NCBI GenBank assembly: GCA_963774915.1
Contig: CAVZGR010000006.1
Coordinates: 13,463-77,462 of the forward strand
DNA: 64,000 nucleotides
Reading direction: 5' to 3'
From: an uncultured Acidimicrobiaceae bacterium
GTDB lineage: Bacteria; Actinomycetota; Acidimicrobiia; Acidimicrobiales; RAAP-2
In this document: one piece after another, positions 19,533 to 27,414 of the stretch
Numbering within the stretch: position 1 is the first letter of the stretch
Layout: every line of letters begins with the position of its first letter
The notes under the pieces: model-generated
The model's database searches: none
What the model was told of the DNA's origin: nothing
The model's input: only the letters and a program-made list of their open reading frames with translations
Program-made: the position numbers and the translations under genes

Positions 19533-20174
19533 TTAGACAGCGACGGCCACGCCCAGTTGGTCCGTCGCACCGTCGGTCGTTGGCGCGGATCCGGCACCGT
19601 TGGTTGCGCTGCGAGCCGACGCGGCCTCGGGCTCCGATGTCGCCCCCACGCACTTCGCGCAGGTGTCCTGCGGGACGATGCCGAAGCGCATGAGGGTCGG
19701 GAACATCTTGCAGGCCAGGCACACCCCGGCCGCCGACTCGAGGGTGGCGGCCACCCCGAGGGCGGCGAGGAGGCCATAGGCCAGCCGTTTGCGGCCGAAC
19801 CCGTAATAGAGCAGTAGTGACGAGCCGGACAGGGCGAGGCCCATGCCCTGAGCCAAGCGCTTGGGCGGTCCGGGCGAGAAGCGGTGGTGGACGCGGAGTC
19901 GCGGGGTCACGACCCGGGTGGCGATCTGTCCGAGAGGACTGAGCTTCGGTCCGGTCAGGACCCGGGCCGCGAACCCGTAGGTCAGGGGGAAGAGGATCCA
20001 CGGCTGATCGAACGCGATGGTGGCCGTGACCATCGACACCACGCCGCCGGCCACGACCCGGGCCGAGGTCTCGTTGACCGGATGAGGGAAGCCGAAAAGG
20101 CTCGAGTCGGACGAGCCAGGTGCGCCACTCTCGGAGTCCGAGGTCCGGGTGCCGAGCTCGTTGTCCCTGGCCAT
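19533..20174 (-). CDS. DUF4395-domain membrane protein
   Basis: FPHPVNETSARVVAGGVV..., four hydrophobic segments and C-terminal CLACKMF...CAKC, the pattern I associate with DUF4395. Confidence 0.6.
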   Translation of the reverse strand: MARDNELGTRTSDSESGAPGSSDSSLFGFPHPVNETSARVVAGGVVSMVTATIAFDQPWILFPLTYGFAARVLTGPKLSPLGQIATRVVTPRLRVHHRFSPGPPKRLAQGMGLALSGSSLLLYYGFGRKRLAYGLLAALGVAATLESAAGVCLACKMFPTLMRFGIVPQDTCAKCVGATSEPEAASARSATNGAGSAPTTDGATDQLGVAVAV

Positions 20175-20300
20175 GGGCTGTCCTCCCAACCGCTGCTCCT
20201 CGCAGGCAAAAACCTGACCAAGCCCATCCTATTTGTTGGCTCCGGGAGAACCGCCCGTCCGGCTCGATCAGGCGCGAGTGCCGCTCGATGAGCGGCTGGC

Positions 20301-21473
20301 CTAGGACCGAGAGGGCGTGGCCGAGGTGGTGGGCCGAGCCGCGGCACTCGACGCCGGCTCCCATCGAGCCTCGAGGCCACCCAGGTGCCAGACGGCCATG
20401 GCCACCACCCACGTCACCACGAACAGCCCGACGATGGCGAACCCGGCGGAGTTGATGTTGAAATCACCCATGGCGGCCCAGAAGGAGCCGCGGAGGCCGA
20501 ACTCGGATCCGAAAAGGCTGAGCAACTCGATGGAGCCGATGAAGAAGGCCATGGCCACCGAGAGCCCGGTGATGACCAAGTTGTAATAGACCTTGCGCAC
20601 CGGCTTGGAGAAGGCCCAGCCGTAGGCGAAGTTCATGAAGCACCCGTCGAGGGTGTCGAACAGGCTCATGCCGGCGGCAAAGAGGAAGGGCAGGCTGAGG
20701 ATGGCCCAGAAGGGCAGCCCGCGGCTCACGGCGGTGCCCGACAGCACGAGTAAGGCGACCTCGGTGGCCGTGTCGAAACCCAGGCCGAAGAGAAGGCCGA
20801 CCGGGTACATCTTCCAGGGCCGGTCGACCCGCCGGGCCAGAGGTCCGAAGAACCGGTTCATGAGGCCACGTTGCTGCAGCTGTCGCTCGAGCTCGTCCTC
20901 GTCGAATCGCCCGCGCCGCAGGTCGCGGAAGACCTTGGCGATCGACACCAGGATGACGATGTTGAGGCCGGCGATGAGATAGAGGAAGGCGCCCGACACC
21001 GACGTGCCGATGATCCCGGTCACGTTGTGAAGCGTTGAGCCGCCGTTGCGCACCTGGCCGTCGAGCGCCCGGATGCCGAAATTGAGCAGGACGGCCAGAG
21101 CGAAGACGACCGTCGAGTGCCCGAGGGAGAACCAGAAGCCCACGCTGGTCGGGCGTTTTCCCTCGGCCATGAGCTTTCGTGTCGTGTTGTCGATGGCCGA
21201 GATGTGATCGGCGTCGAAGGCATGACGCATACCCAGGGTCAAGGCCAAGAGACCGGTACCGACACCGAACACGGCCGTCCCCGACAGCCGGTAATGGTGG
21301 GGGACGGCGGCCAGAAGAAGGACGAAGCCGAGGACGAACAGCCCGGTGACGGTCACGGCCATGCCGGACAGGCCGGCCCATTCCCCCGGTCGCAGACGGG
21401 CCGGTGACGACCGGGACGATGGCGGCGAGGAACGCGTCACACGTCGGGCCGGCCCGGTGCCGTCGGAGAGCAC
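20301..21473 (-). CDS. HoxN/HupN/NixA-family nickel/cobalt transporter (NiCoT)
   Basis: NiCoT signature RHAFDADHISAIDN, then FSLGHSTVV, LGFDTATEV and 8 TM segments. The start could instead be ATG 21362. Confidence 0.9.
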   Translation of the reverse strand: MLSDGTGPARRVTRSSPPSSRSSPARLRPGEWAGLSGMAVTVTGLFVLGFVLLLAAVPHHYRLSGTAVFGVGTGLLALTLGMRHAFDADHISAIDNTTRKLMAEGKRPTSVGFWFSLGHSTVVFALAVLLNFGIRALDGQVRNGGSTLHNVTGIIGTSVSGAFLYLIAGLNIVILVSIAKVFRDLRRGRFDEDELERQLQQRGLMNRFFGPLARRVDRPWKMYPVGLLFGLGFDTATEVALLVLSGTAVSRGLPFWAILSLPFLFAAGMSLFDTLDGCFMNFAYGWAFSKPVRKVYYNLVITGLSVAMAFFIGSIELLSLFGSEFGLRGSFWAAMGDFNINSAGFAIVGLFVVTWVVAMAVWHLGGLEARWEPASSAAARPTTSATPSRS

Positions 21474-21492
21474 GTTGCCTACTGTGGTCTAA

Positions 21493-21509
21493 ATGCGAAC
21501 TGATTGCAA
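21493..21509. promoter_or_regulatory. Candidate Nur box ATGCGA-N5-TTGCAA
   Basis: Lies in the NiCoT/Fur-like divergent region. The right half matches 6/6 and the left half 4/6 of the Nur-box consensus TTGCAA-N5-TTGCAA, which I am quoting from memory of the Streptomyces work. Confidence 0.4.
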
Positions 21510-21552
21510 GTACGGGGTCTATGCAGGAAGGACCCGGCGGTATCGTGGGCAC

Positions 21553-22044
21553 GTGAGCAGGGCGGCTGGCGTGACCAGTTCGCAGGTCGGCGGCGAGCGC
21601 GAGGTGGCAGCCGCCCCGACCCCGGCCCTCACCTCGGTCGAGGAGGTGCTCGACCTCCTACGGGCCCGGGGCGGCCGGGTTACCTCGTCTCGGCGGATCC
21701 TGCTCGAGGTGCTCTTCGAGGCCACCGACCACTTGAGCGTGGAGGATCTGGCCACGGCCGTGCAGGCCCGGGCCCCCGATGTGCACGTGTCGACCATCTA
21801 TCGCAACGTCGAAGACCTCGAGCGACTGGGGGTCGTTGCCCACTCGCACCTCGGGCACGGTCCCGCTACCTACCAACTGGCGTCGCTGGCCCACGCCCAC
21901 TTCGTGTGCGAGTCGTGCGGGGCTCGCATCGAGGCGCCCGATGTCATGTTCCGCGGCCTGGCCCGGGCGGCCAAGTCCGACCTCGGCTTCTCGATCGACC
22001 CGCGCCACTTCGCCATCCTCGGGCGTTGCGCCGACTGCAGCTGA
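21553..22044 (+). CDS. nur: Fur-family metalloregulator, Nur-like (nickel-responsive)
   Basis: VSTIYRNVEDLERLGVVAHSHLGHGPATYQLA...HAHFVCESCG...HFAILGRCADCS closely parallels the S. coelicolor Nur sequence as I recall it (HAHLGHGAPTYHLA...HLVCRDC...HFAIFGRCESCS). It is divergent from the NiCoT gene. GTG 21553 is the preferred start; the ORF is open from 21493. Confidence 0.8.
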   Translation: MSRAAGVTSSQVGGEREVAAAPTPALTSVEEVLDLLRARGGRVTSSRRILLEVLFEATDHLSVEDLATAVQARAPDVHVSTIYRNVEDLERLGVVAHSHLGHGPATYQLASLAHAHFVCESCGARIEAPDVMFRGLARAAKSDLGFSIDPRHFAILGRCADCS

Positions 22045-22084
22045 AGCCTGCGGTGGCAGTGCCCGACGCCGCACCGCCCGCCAC

Positions 22085-22699
22085 TCAAGCGAAGATGGTC
22101 GCCCACCCCTCGTCGTAAGGGGCCACGAAGGTGGTCGTCAGACGCATGGAACGGAGGAGCCACCTCCCGTCGACGCGCTCATACTCGTCATCCTCGGTGC
22201 CGCACATCAAAACGTCGCGTCCGTCCGCCGTCCGGCATGGGCTGAGCAGCTCCCATCGACCGCGAGCGCGACCATCCTCGTCGTGGTCGACCTCGATGCG
22301 CGGTGAGGTGAAGAGGTGGCGGGCAAAGACGAGCGTCGTGTCGCGCAGTCGTTCGGCGATGGCCGCCCGGCCCACGGCGCGGCCCAAGGCCGGGCCTCCG
22401 TCCCATACGCCGTCCTCGGTGAACAGTCGGGCCACTCCGTCGGCCACCGCCGCCAACTCCTCGGCCGGGACGACCGCGCCTTTGCGGTATCGCCGATCGA
22501 CCAGCTCCGCGTAGCGGGCCTTGAGCGCCTGGATGGCAAGCACGCCCTCGGCTCGTTCGAGACGGTTTCGAAGATCGGAGAGCTCGGCGGCCAGCTCTTC
22601 AGGAGCCGTCACCGCGCTCTCTCGTTCGTCGCCTGCGCTCGTGGCATTGTCCGTCCGCGTCCGTGCCGATGTCGGTCCCCTGCCGTCCAGTATGGCCAA
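22085..22699 (-). CDS. SnoaL-like / NTF2-fold protein
   Basis: IQALKARYAELVD...LFTEDGVWDGG...GRAAI...F..HLFTSPRIEV.....G.W.L pattern of SnoaL_4-type proteins. The ORF is intact. Confidence 0.6.
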   Translation of the reverse strand: MAILDGRGPTSARTRTDNATSAGDERESAVTAPEELAAELSDLRNRLERAEGVLAIQALKARYAELVDRRYRKGAVVPAEELAAVADGVARLFTEDGVWDGGPALGRAVGRAAIAERLRDTTLVFARHLFTSPRIEVDHDEDGRARGRWELLSPCRTADGRDVLMCGTEDDEYERVDGRWLLRSMRLTTTFVAPYDEGWATIFA

Positions 22700-22773
22700 C
22701 GCCGGGGCCCATGCTCCTGGCCCGCGCTACCTGGACGGCACCTCCCGGCTGTCGGATCCGGCCGTCGGTCCTC

Positions 22774-24135
22774 TCAGTAGCCGGCGCAGCCGTCCTGGTC
22801 GGGTGCGGCGAAGGGACCACCCAGATAGGCCGCGGCGAAGGCCACCGCCACTCGGATCTGTTGCAGGGGGGTGGCGTCGGCCGCGTCAGCCGGAAAGCCG
22901 AAGGTGTTGAACTCGTCCCAGTTGGTACGCGTGAACCCGAGCCCGCCGGCGAACTCACCGGCCTCGACGTTCCACCGTCCACCTTCCTCGCAGAGGTTGA
23001 CTCGTTCCCAGGCGCTGATCTGGGCGGCGGTGAGGCCGTAGTCGTCGGCGGCCGAGGTGTCGACGACCGCTGCGGCAACCGTGCTGTTGGCCAGCGAGCC
23101 GAAGTAACCGTCACCACCGAAGGCGAACGCGCCGCCATCAGAGGAGATGGCCAGGTAGCCGTCGGAGGAGGAGTCGAGGGCGATCATCGGCTTGTTGAGC
23201 GGGACGGCACCGGCCGATCCCAGGAAGGACGCGCCGCCGTAGGTGAACACGCCCCCGTTGGTCAAGAGCAGGCGGTAGCCGGACCCGTCGGCACCGATGG
23301 CTGCCGTTGGCAGTCCGTTGGTCCCGCCCGCGTAACCGGCCTGGCCGAAAGCGAACACCGACCCGTCGGCGGCCGCCTCCCAGTAGCCAAGGCCTCCGGC
23401 TGCCGGGGCCAGGCCCACGATCGGGCTTCCCGGCGACAGGCCGACCGCCGATCCGAAGTAGTGCGCATCACCGAAAGCGAAGACGCCGCCGTCGGCGGCC
23501 ACGATCCAGTAACCATGACCGTCGGGGGTGGGCTCGAGTCCGACCACCGGTTGGGCCAAATCGAGCCCGCCGGTCGACCCGTAGAACCCGGCGTCGCCGA
23601 AGGCGAAGACGCCACCGTCACTGGCCACCAACCAATAGCCGTTGCCGTTCGGCGTCGACGCGATGGCCACGATGGGCCGGTCCAACGGCAGCGAGGCCGT
23701 CGACCCGTAGTACTGGGCGTCGCCGAAGGTGAAGATGCCGCCGTCGGATCCGACCATCCAATAGCCGTTGCCCGACGGGGTGGCGGCCACGTCCACCACC
23801 GGAGCCTTGAGAACGAGTCCCCGGCCGGTCGGCCACGATGTTGGCGCCTGTCCGGGAGTGGCGGCGACGGCGGAGCCGACCGACAACGAGATGATGGCCG
23901 CAGCCCCAAGAAGTGCGACGAGAAGGCTTCCGCGCTTCGAGGCGACGGTTGCCGTACATGGGGTCGTCGGGCGCGGGGCCCGGTCGGTGATCGGCGGCAG
24001 TGTGTTGAGAGCGGGTACGTCGAAGTACAGAGCGAGCCATGAATGGCAAGGGGTGACCTTTCCGTGGTCGGTCGGCACGGCCGAAGGCGGCGATACCGAC
24101 GTTCTTCTGGTTGGGAGGACCCCACGTCTGCGCAT
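22774..24135 (-). CDS. Secreted six-repeat (GYW..DGG.F.FGDA.Y.GS) protein with a C-terminal Rpf-like transglycosylase domain
   Basis: Signal-like segment RGSLLVALLGAAAIISLSVGSAVAA. Six ~40-aa repeats follow (NGYWMVGSDGGIFTFGDAQYYGS, NGYWLVASDGGVFAFGDAGFYGS, HGYWIVAADGGVFAFGDAHYFGS and so on). The C-terminus reads WERVNLCEEGGRWNVEAGEFAGGLGFTRTNWDEF...QQIRVA...DGC, resembling the Rpf core W..CESGG.W...G.YGGLQF...TW. The start is uncertain (ATG 24135 or GTG 24078). Confidence 0.8.
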   Translation of the reverse strand: MRRRGVLPTRRTSVSPPSAVPTDHGKVTPCHSWLALYFDVPALNTLPPITDRAPRPTTPCTATVASKRGSLLVALLGAAAIISLSVGSAVAATPGQAPTSWPTGRGLVLKAPVVDVAATPSGNGYWMVGSDGGIFTFGDAQYYGSTASLPLDRPIVAIASTPNGNGYWLVASDGGVFAFGDAGFYGSTGGLDLAQPVVGLEPTPDGHGYWIVAADGGVFAFGDAHYFGSAVGLSPGSPIVGLAPAAGGLGYWEAAADGSVFAFGQAGYAGGTNGLPTAAIGADGSGYRLLLTNGGVFTYGGASFLGSAGAVPLNKPMIALDSSSDGYLAISSDGGAFAFGGDGYFGSLANSTVAAAVVDTSAADDYGLTAAQISAWERVNLCEEGGRWNVEAGEFAGGLGFTRTNWDEFNTFGFPADAADATPLQQIRVAVAFAAAYLGGPFAAPDQDGCAGY

Positions 24136-24411
24136 TCAAAACCCCAGCCGAGCACCGGGAAGGGTGTGACGGCCTGGCTATGAGAGCCGGGTGTGCTAGC
24201 GGGTTCTTACGTCCGTCAAGTGGTGGTTACGTTGAGCAATCCCCATTGGTGGTTGTGAGCGGTGCAGGTGCGTCGGCGCCAATCGTGAGCGGCGGCCGTC
24301 GGCGAAGTGCCTGCGAAGCCCGGCAAGATAGCGGTGCGGCCTGCGGCCCGTGAAATCGAGCTTTGCATTTGGTCACGCAGAGTGACCTGGGGATAAGTGG
24401 TATGACCCTGG

Positions 24412-25044
24412 TCAGAGAGTTGCGGCCAGTTCAAGCGCGGCCGCTGAAAAACCTCGACGGGGAGTGATGATCTCGTCGATCAGGCCGTACTTCTTGGCTT
24501 CTTCGGGCGTCATGAAATTGTCGCGATCAATGTCGGATTCGACTTGTTCGACGGAGCGGCCGCTGTGATGAGCGATGATCTCGGCCATCCGGCGCGTGGT
24601 GGCGAGAACTTCGCGCAGTTGGATCTCCATGTCCCGCGGTGCACCGCGCGCTCCGGCGGACCCCTGATGAATCATGATCCGGCAGTTGGGCAGTGCGAGC
24701 CGCTTGCCCGGCGCGCCGCCGGCCAGGATCATGGCCGCGGCCGACATTCCCATGCCCACGCAGATGGTGGACACCTCGGGTCGTACATGTTGCATCACGT
24801 CGTAGATGGCCATGCCGGCATAACCCATGCCGCCCGGCGAGTTGATGTACAGCGAGATGTCCTTGTCCGGATCCTGGGCCTCGAGGAAGAGCATCTGACT
24901 CACGATGAGGTTGGCGATCTGGTCGTCGACCTCCTGGCCCAAAAAGACGATGCGCTCGCGCAGCAGGAGCGAATAGATGTCGAAGGCGCGGTCGCCCCGC
25001 GGCGACTCCTGGACAACCGTCGGGATAAGCGACGCAGCGACCAC
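24412..25044 (-). CDS. clpP: ATP-dependent Clp protease proteolytic subunit ClpP (catalytic triad intact)
   Basis: [32 protein letters not shown]...YINSPGG...[16 protein letters not shown] (Ser), RIMIHQG (His), [13 protein letters not shown] (Asp). The GTG 25044 start is preceded by AAGGAGG (25056-25050) with a 5-nt spacer; the ORF is open to 25161. Confidence 0.9.
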   Translation of the reverse strand: MVAASLIPTVVQESPRGDRAFDIYSLLLRERIVFLGQEVDDQIANLIVSQMLFLEAQDPDKDISLYINSPGGMGYAGMAIYDVMQHVRPEVSTICVGMGMSAAAMILAGGAPGKRLALPNCRIMIHQGSAGARGAPRDMEIQLREVLATTRRMAEIIAHHSGRSVEQVESDIDRDNFMTPEEAKKYGLIDEIITPRRGFSAAALELAATL

Positions 25045-25099
25045 GGTGACCTCCTTGGCCTCGGAACGCTCGACGGCGGGCGCCGTCATCGCTTTCATG

Positions 25100-25119
25100 A
25101 TATCTCGAATATGAGATAT
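25100..25119. promoter_or_regulatory. AT-rich perfect inverted repeat ATATCTC-N6-GAGATAT in the clpP / XRE divergent region
   Basis: Read directly. It overlaps a TATAGT hexamer (25117-25122) that could be a -10 for the plus-strand XRE gene, and lies 56-75 nt upstream of the clpP GTG. Confidence 0.4.
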
Positions 25120-25211
25120 AGTGACCGAGCCGTGGTGCAGCCAGCGAACGTCCGAACGCACCGTGATCCCGAGAGGCGCGCCGGGTCGGGCGCCGTTCGC
25201 CCGCGACCCCG

Positions 25212-25496
25212 GTGGCGCCGGTCATGAGCGGGCGCCGTCATGAAAGCGTGTTTCCTGGCTTTCGCGAGATGGCCGAGCGGCGGCGAGCGCTGAGTGCCGA
25301 GCTCACCGAGCGCCGTCGAGCGCTCGGACTGTCGCAGACCGAGGTGGCGGCACGCATGGGGACGTCCCAGTCGGCGGTGGCCCGTCTCGAATCGGGCTCC
25401 GGCGATGTCCGGCTGTCCACGGTCGAGCGCTACGCGGCTGCCGTCGGCCGGTCGCTCGACTGGTCGTTGAGCGCAAACAAAGGTGAAGCCCGATGA
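25212..25496 (+). CDS. XRE-family HTH regulator (ClgR/PopR-like by context)
   Basis: HTH motif [25 protein letters not shown]. The start is uncertain (GTG 25212, ATG 25224 or ATG 25269). The stop overlaps the next start as ATGA (25493-25496). Confidence 0.75.
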   Translation: MAPVMSGRRHESVFPGFREMAERRRALSAELTERRRALGLSQTEVAARMGTSQSAVARLESGSGDVRLSTVERYAAAVGRSLDWSLSANKGEAR

Positions 25497-26113
25497 GCAT
25501 CGGTTGGCCCGGCGGCTCCGGTGGTGACGACGGGACCACCGAGTTTCGTCGGTCGTTGCGTGACCATCTCTTCGAGCGGCGGGTGGTGGTGGTGACCGGA
25601 CGGCTGGACCACGAAGTGGGCGGGCGGGCGGCCATCGAGCTCATGACCCTCGACGCCGATGGCGACGAGCCGATCCGCCTCCAGTTGAGCTGCTCCGACG
25701 GCGACCTCGATGCCGCGCTGTCACTCATGGACGTAGTGGAGCTGGTCGGCGTTCCCGTCGAGGCGCTCTGCATCGGTTGCGTCGGCGGCGCAGCCATCGG
25801 GGTCCTGGCCGTTGCCGATCGCCGTTTGGCCACGGTGACCACCAGCCTGCTGTTGCGCGACCCCGGCGACTCCTTCACCGGGTCCGCCCATGACCAGCAA
25901 CGGTGGGCGCAACATCGGGCCGACCGGTGGCGGACCTTCTGCGAACGGGTGTCCGGCTTCACCCACCGATCGTTCGACGAGGTCGAGGCCGACTTCGAGC
26001 GCGGACGTTTCCTCAGTGCCGCCGAGGCCATCGACTACGGTTTGATCGACGAGATCGCGCAGCAGACCTCGGCAGAGCGGCGCGGCCGTCTCGGCTTTCG
26101 TCCGGTCGGGTGA
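25493..26113 (+). CDS. ClpP-family paralogue lacking the Ser-His-Asp triad (ClpR-like, presumably non-catalytic)
   Basis: Collinear with ClpP: ERRVVVVTGRLD..., LSCSDGDLDAALSLMDVVELVGVPVEALCIGCVGGAAIGVL (Ser position is Gly), LLLRDP (His position is Arg), FERGRFLSAAEAIDYGLIDEI (Asp position is Gly). An SD-like AGGTGA lies 8 nt upstream of the ATG. Confidence 0.8.
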   Translation: MSIGWPGGSGGDDGTTEFRRSLRDHLFERRVVVVTGRLDHEVGGRAAIELMTLDADGDEPIRLQLSCSDGDLDAALSLMDVVELVGVPVEALCIGCVGGAAIGVLAVADRRLATVTTSLLLRDPGDSFTGSAHDQQRWAQHRADRWRTFCERVSGFTHRSFDEVEADFERGRFLSAAEAIDYGLIDEIAQQTSAERRGRLGFRPVG

Positions 26114-26245
26114 CCGCCATCTCGACGTAGCCGGGCGAGCGTCGCTCCGTGTGGACCGGCCGGGGATCCGCTCTCGGACCGGCGCCCACGCACCATCATG
26201 GACGGGGCCGTAAGGATCGGCCCCGGACGAACGGTAGGACCGACG

Positions 26246-27242
26246 ATGAGTGACACGTCCCAGGGTCCCGGTTGGTGGCTCGCCTCCGACGGCAAGTGGT
26301 ACTCACCCGAGCAGGCACCCGGCTACGAGCCGGCATCGGTCCCCGCCACTGCCCCGAGCACCATGCCCCAGCCGGGCGCGCTGCCGACCACGGGAACGCT
26401 CCCTCCGACGGCGCCGGTGGTAGCGAGCAGCTCCGGCCCGTCGACCGGCACGCTGCCGCCGACGGCCTACCCGCCACCCGGGGGTGCTCCACCGGCTGGC
26501 TACCCACCCGGTGGTGCTCCACCGGCTGGCTACCCACCTGGCACGTATCCGCCCGGGTCGTATCCGCCCGGCCCCGGCTACGCCTACCCGGGGCGGGCCA
26601 AGACGAGCGGGTTGGCCATTGCCGCTTTCGTCCTCTCGCTGCTCTGGATCTTCGGCCTCGGGTCGCTCCTCGCCGTCATCTTCGGCATCATCGCCCTCGT
26701 CACCATCAGCCGATCGCATGGGACGCGGCGCGGCCGCGGCTGGGCCATCGCCGGGCTCGTGATCGGTGCACTCGGGCTCATCCTCACCGTTGCCGTCTCG
26801 TTGGCCGTCAAGAACGCGGTCGCTGGCCACGACCTACCCCTACGGGCAGACCGTCTCGACCGACGATGGGATCACCGGCTTCACCAGTGTCACCGTGTAC
26901 TCGGTCACGACCGGGCTGCACGGACAGCAGACGTCGGGCGCCCTGCCCGGCACGTTCGCGGCGGCCAACGTACAGGTGTGTGTGGGCTCGGCCGGCATGC
27001 CCGATGTCAACGAGCACCTCGTCTTCTTCCTCCTCAAGACGTCGGGTGGCGACCTGCTGCCCGCCGAGCCCGAAGTCACCACCCAGTCACCCAACCTGTG
27101 GCATTCCGCGGTGAACTGGCCCGCCAATCAGTGCCAGCGGGGGTACGTGAGCTTCTTGGTCCCGTCCGGGGAGACGCCACAGGGTGTCCGCTACAACGGC
27201 GACATCCTCCATCCCATCGAATGGACGCCCTCGGGCAATTGA
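26246..27242 (+). pseudogene. GYF_2 / DUF4190 membrane protein with DUF4352-like C-domain, one frameshift
   Basis: N-terminus SQGPGWWLASDGKWYSPEQ, a Pro/Gly/Tyr-rich linker, then DUF4190-type helices (GLAIAAFVLSLLWIFGLGSLLAVIFGIIALV, GWAIAGLVIGALGLILTVAV). The frame switches near 26820. It continues TTYPYGQTVSTDDGITGFTSVTVYSV...QCQRGYVSFLVPSGE. Confidence 0.7.
26483..26542 (+). repeat. 30-bp tandem repeat (2 copies, 28/30 identical) encoding GAPPAGYPPG
   Basis: GGTGCTCCACCGGCTGGCTACCCACC(C/T)GG(T/C) at 26483-26512 and 26513-26542. Confidence 0.85.
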
Positions 27243-27414
27243 CGGGGACCTGGCCGCACCGGTTCGGTGCGGCTCGGGTGACTGTCATCATTGAGGGTGA
27301 CGGTCGCCGGCGGCCGTCGTTGATCCGAGGTGGCATGAGCGCACGCAACCGGCAAGGGGTGGTCCTGCTCCCTCGTCGCCAGATGACCTCCCTGGGCGCG
27401 TCACGGTTGGCGTC

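Noticed and set aside
18313-20412. 699-aa ORF extending the FAD-oxidase gene 1 kb upstream across the DUF4395 gene.
   Set aside because: Only the part downstream of ATG 19437 is protein-like. The upstream extension overlaps the DUF4395 gene out of frame and is Arg/Pro/Gly-rich.
22663-24042. Long plus-strand ORF (459 aa) and similar long ORFs elsewhere (e.g. 10243..11604 +, 28210..29475 -, 41047..42132 -, 45313..46401 -, 44101..45312 -, 52786..53721 -).
   Set aside because: They are antisense or out-of-frame shadows of well-supported genes. Their translations are Arg/Gly/Pro/His-rich with no motifs, as expected for stop-poor alternative frames in ~70% GC DNA.
24136-24411. Possible ydaO/c-di-AMP riboswitch in the leader of the Rpf-like gene (such riboswitches precede rpf genes in other actinobacteria).
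   Set aside because: On the minus strand I find only loose fragments (ACGGACGUAAGAACCC, CCCGCUAGC, GGGGUUUUGAAUGC). The hallmark blocks GGGGUGAAUC and CCGA.CCGUCAGCUAACC are not present in the right order. A covariance-model scan (RF00379) would be needed to revive this.
26483-26542. Tandem repeats (here, at 44399-44443 and at 4934-4965) as possible CRISPR or minisatellite arrays.
   Set aside because: There are only 2-5 contiguous copies without spacers. Two of the three lie inside coding low-complexity regions. There are no cas genes in the window.
27243-27414. Possible cobalamin riboswitch upstream of cobA (a CGCCAGATGACCTCCC stretch resembles the B12 box AGCCAGGAGACCTGCC).
   Set aside because: The core elements (GCCACTG, GGGAA...GGTG...AATCCGG) are not recognisable. 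The similarity is limited to one short GC-rich stretch.
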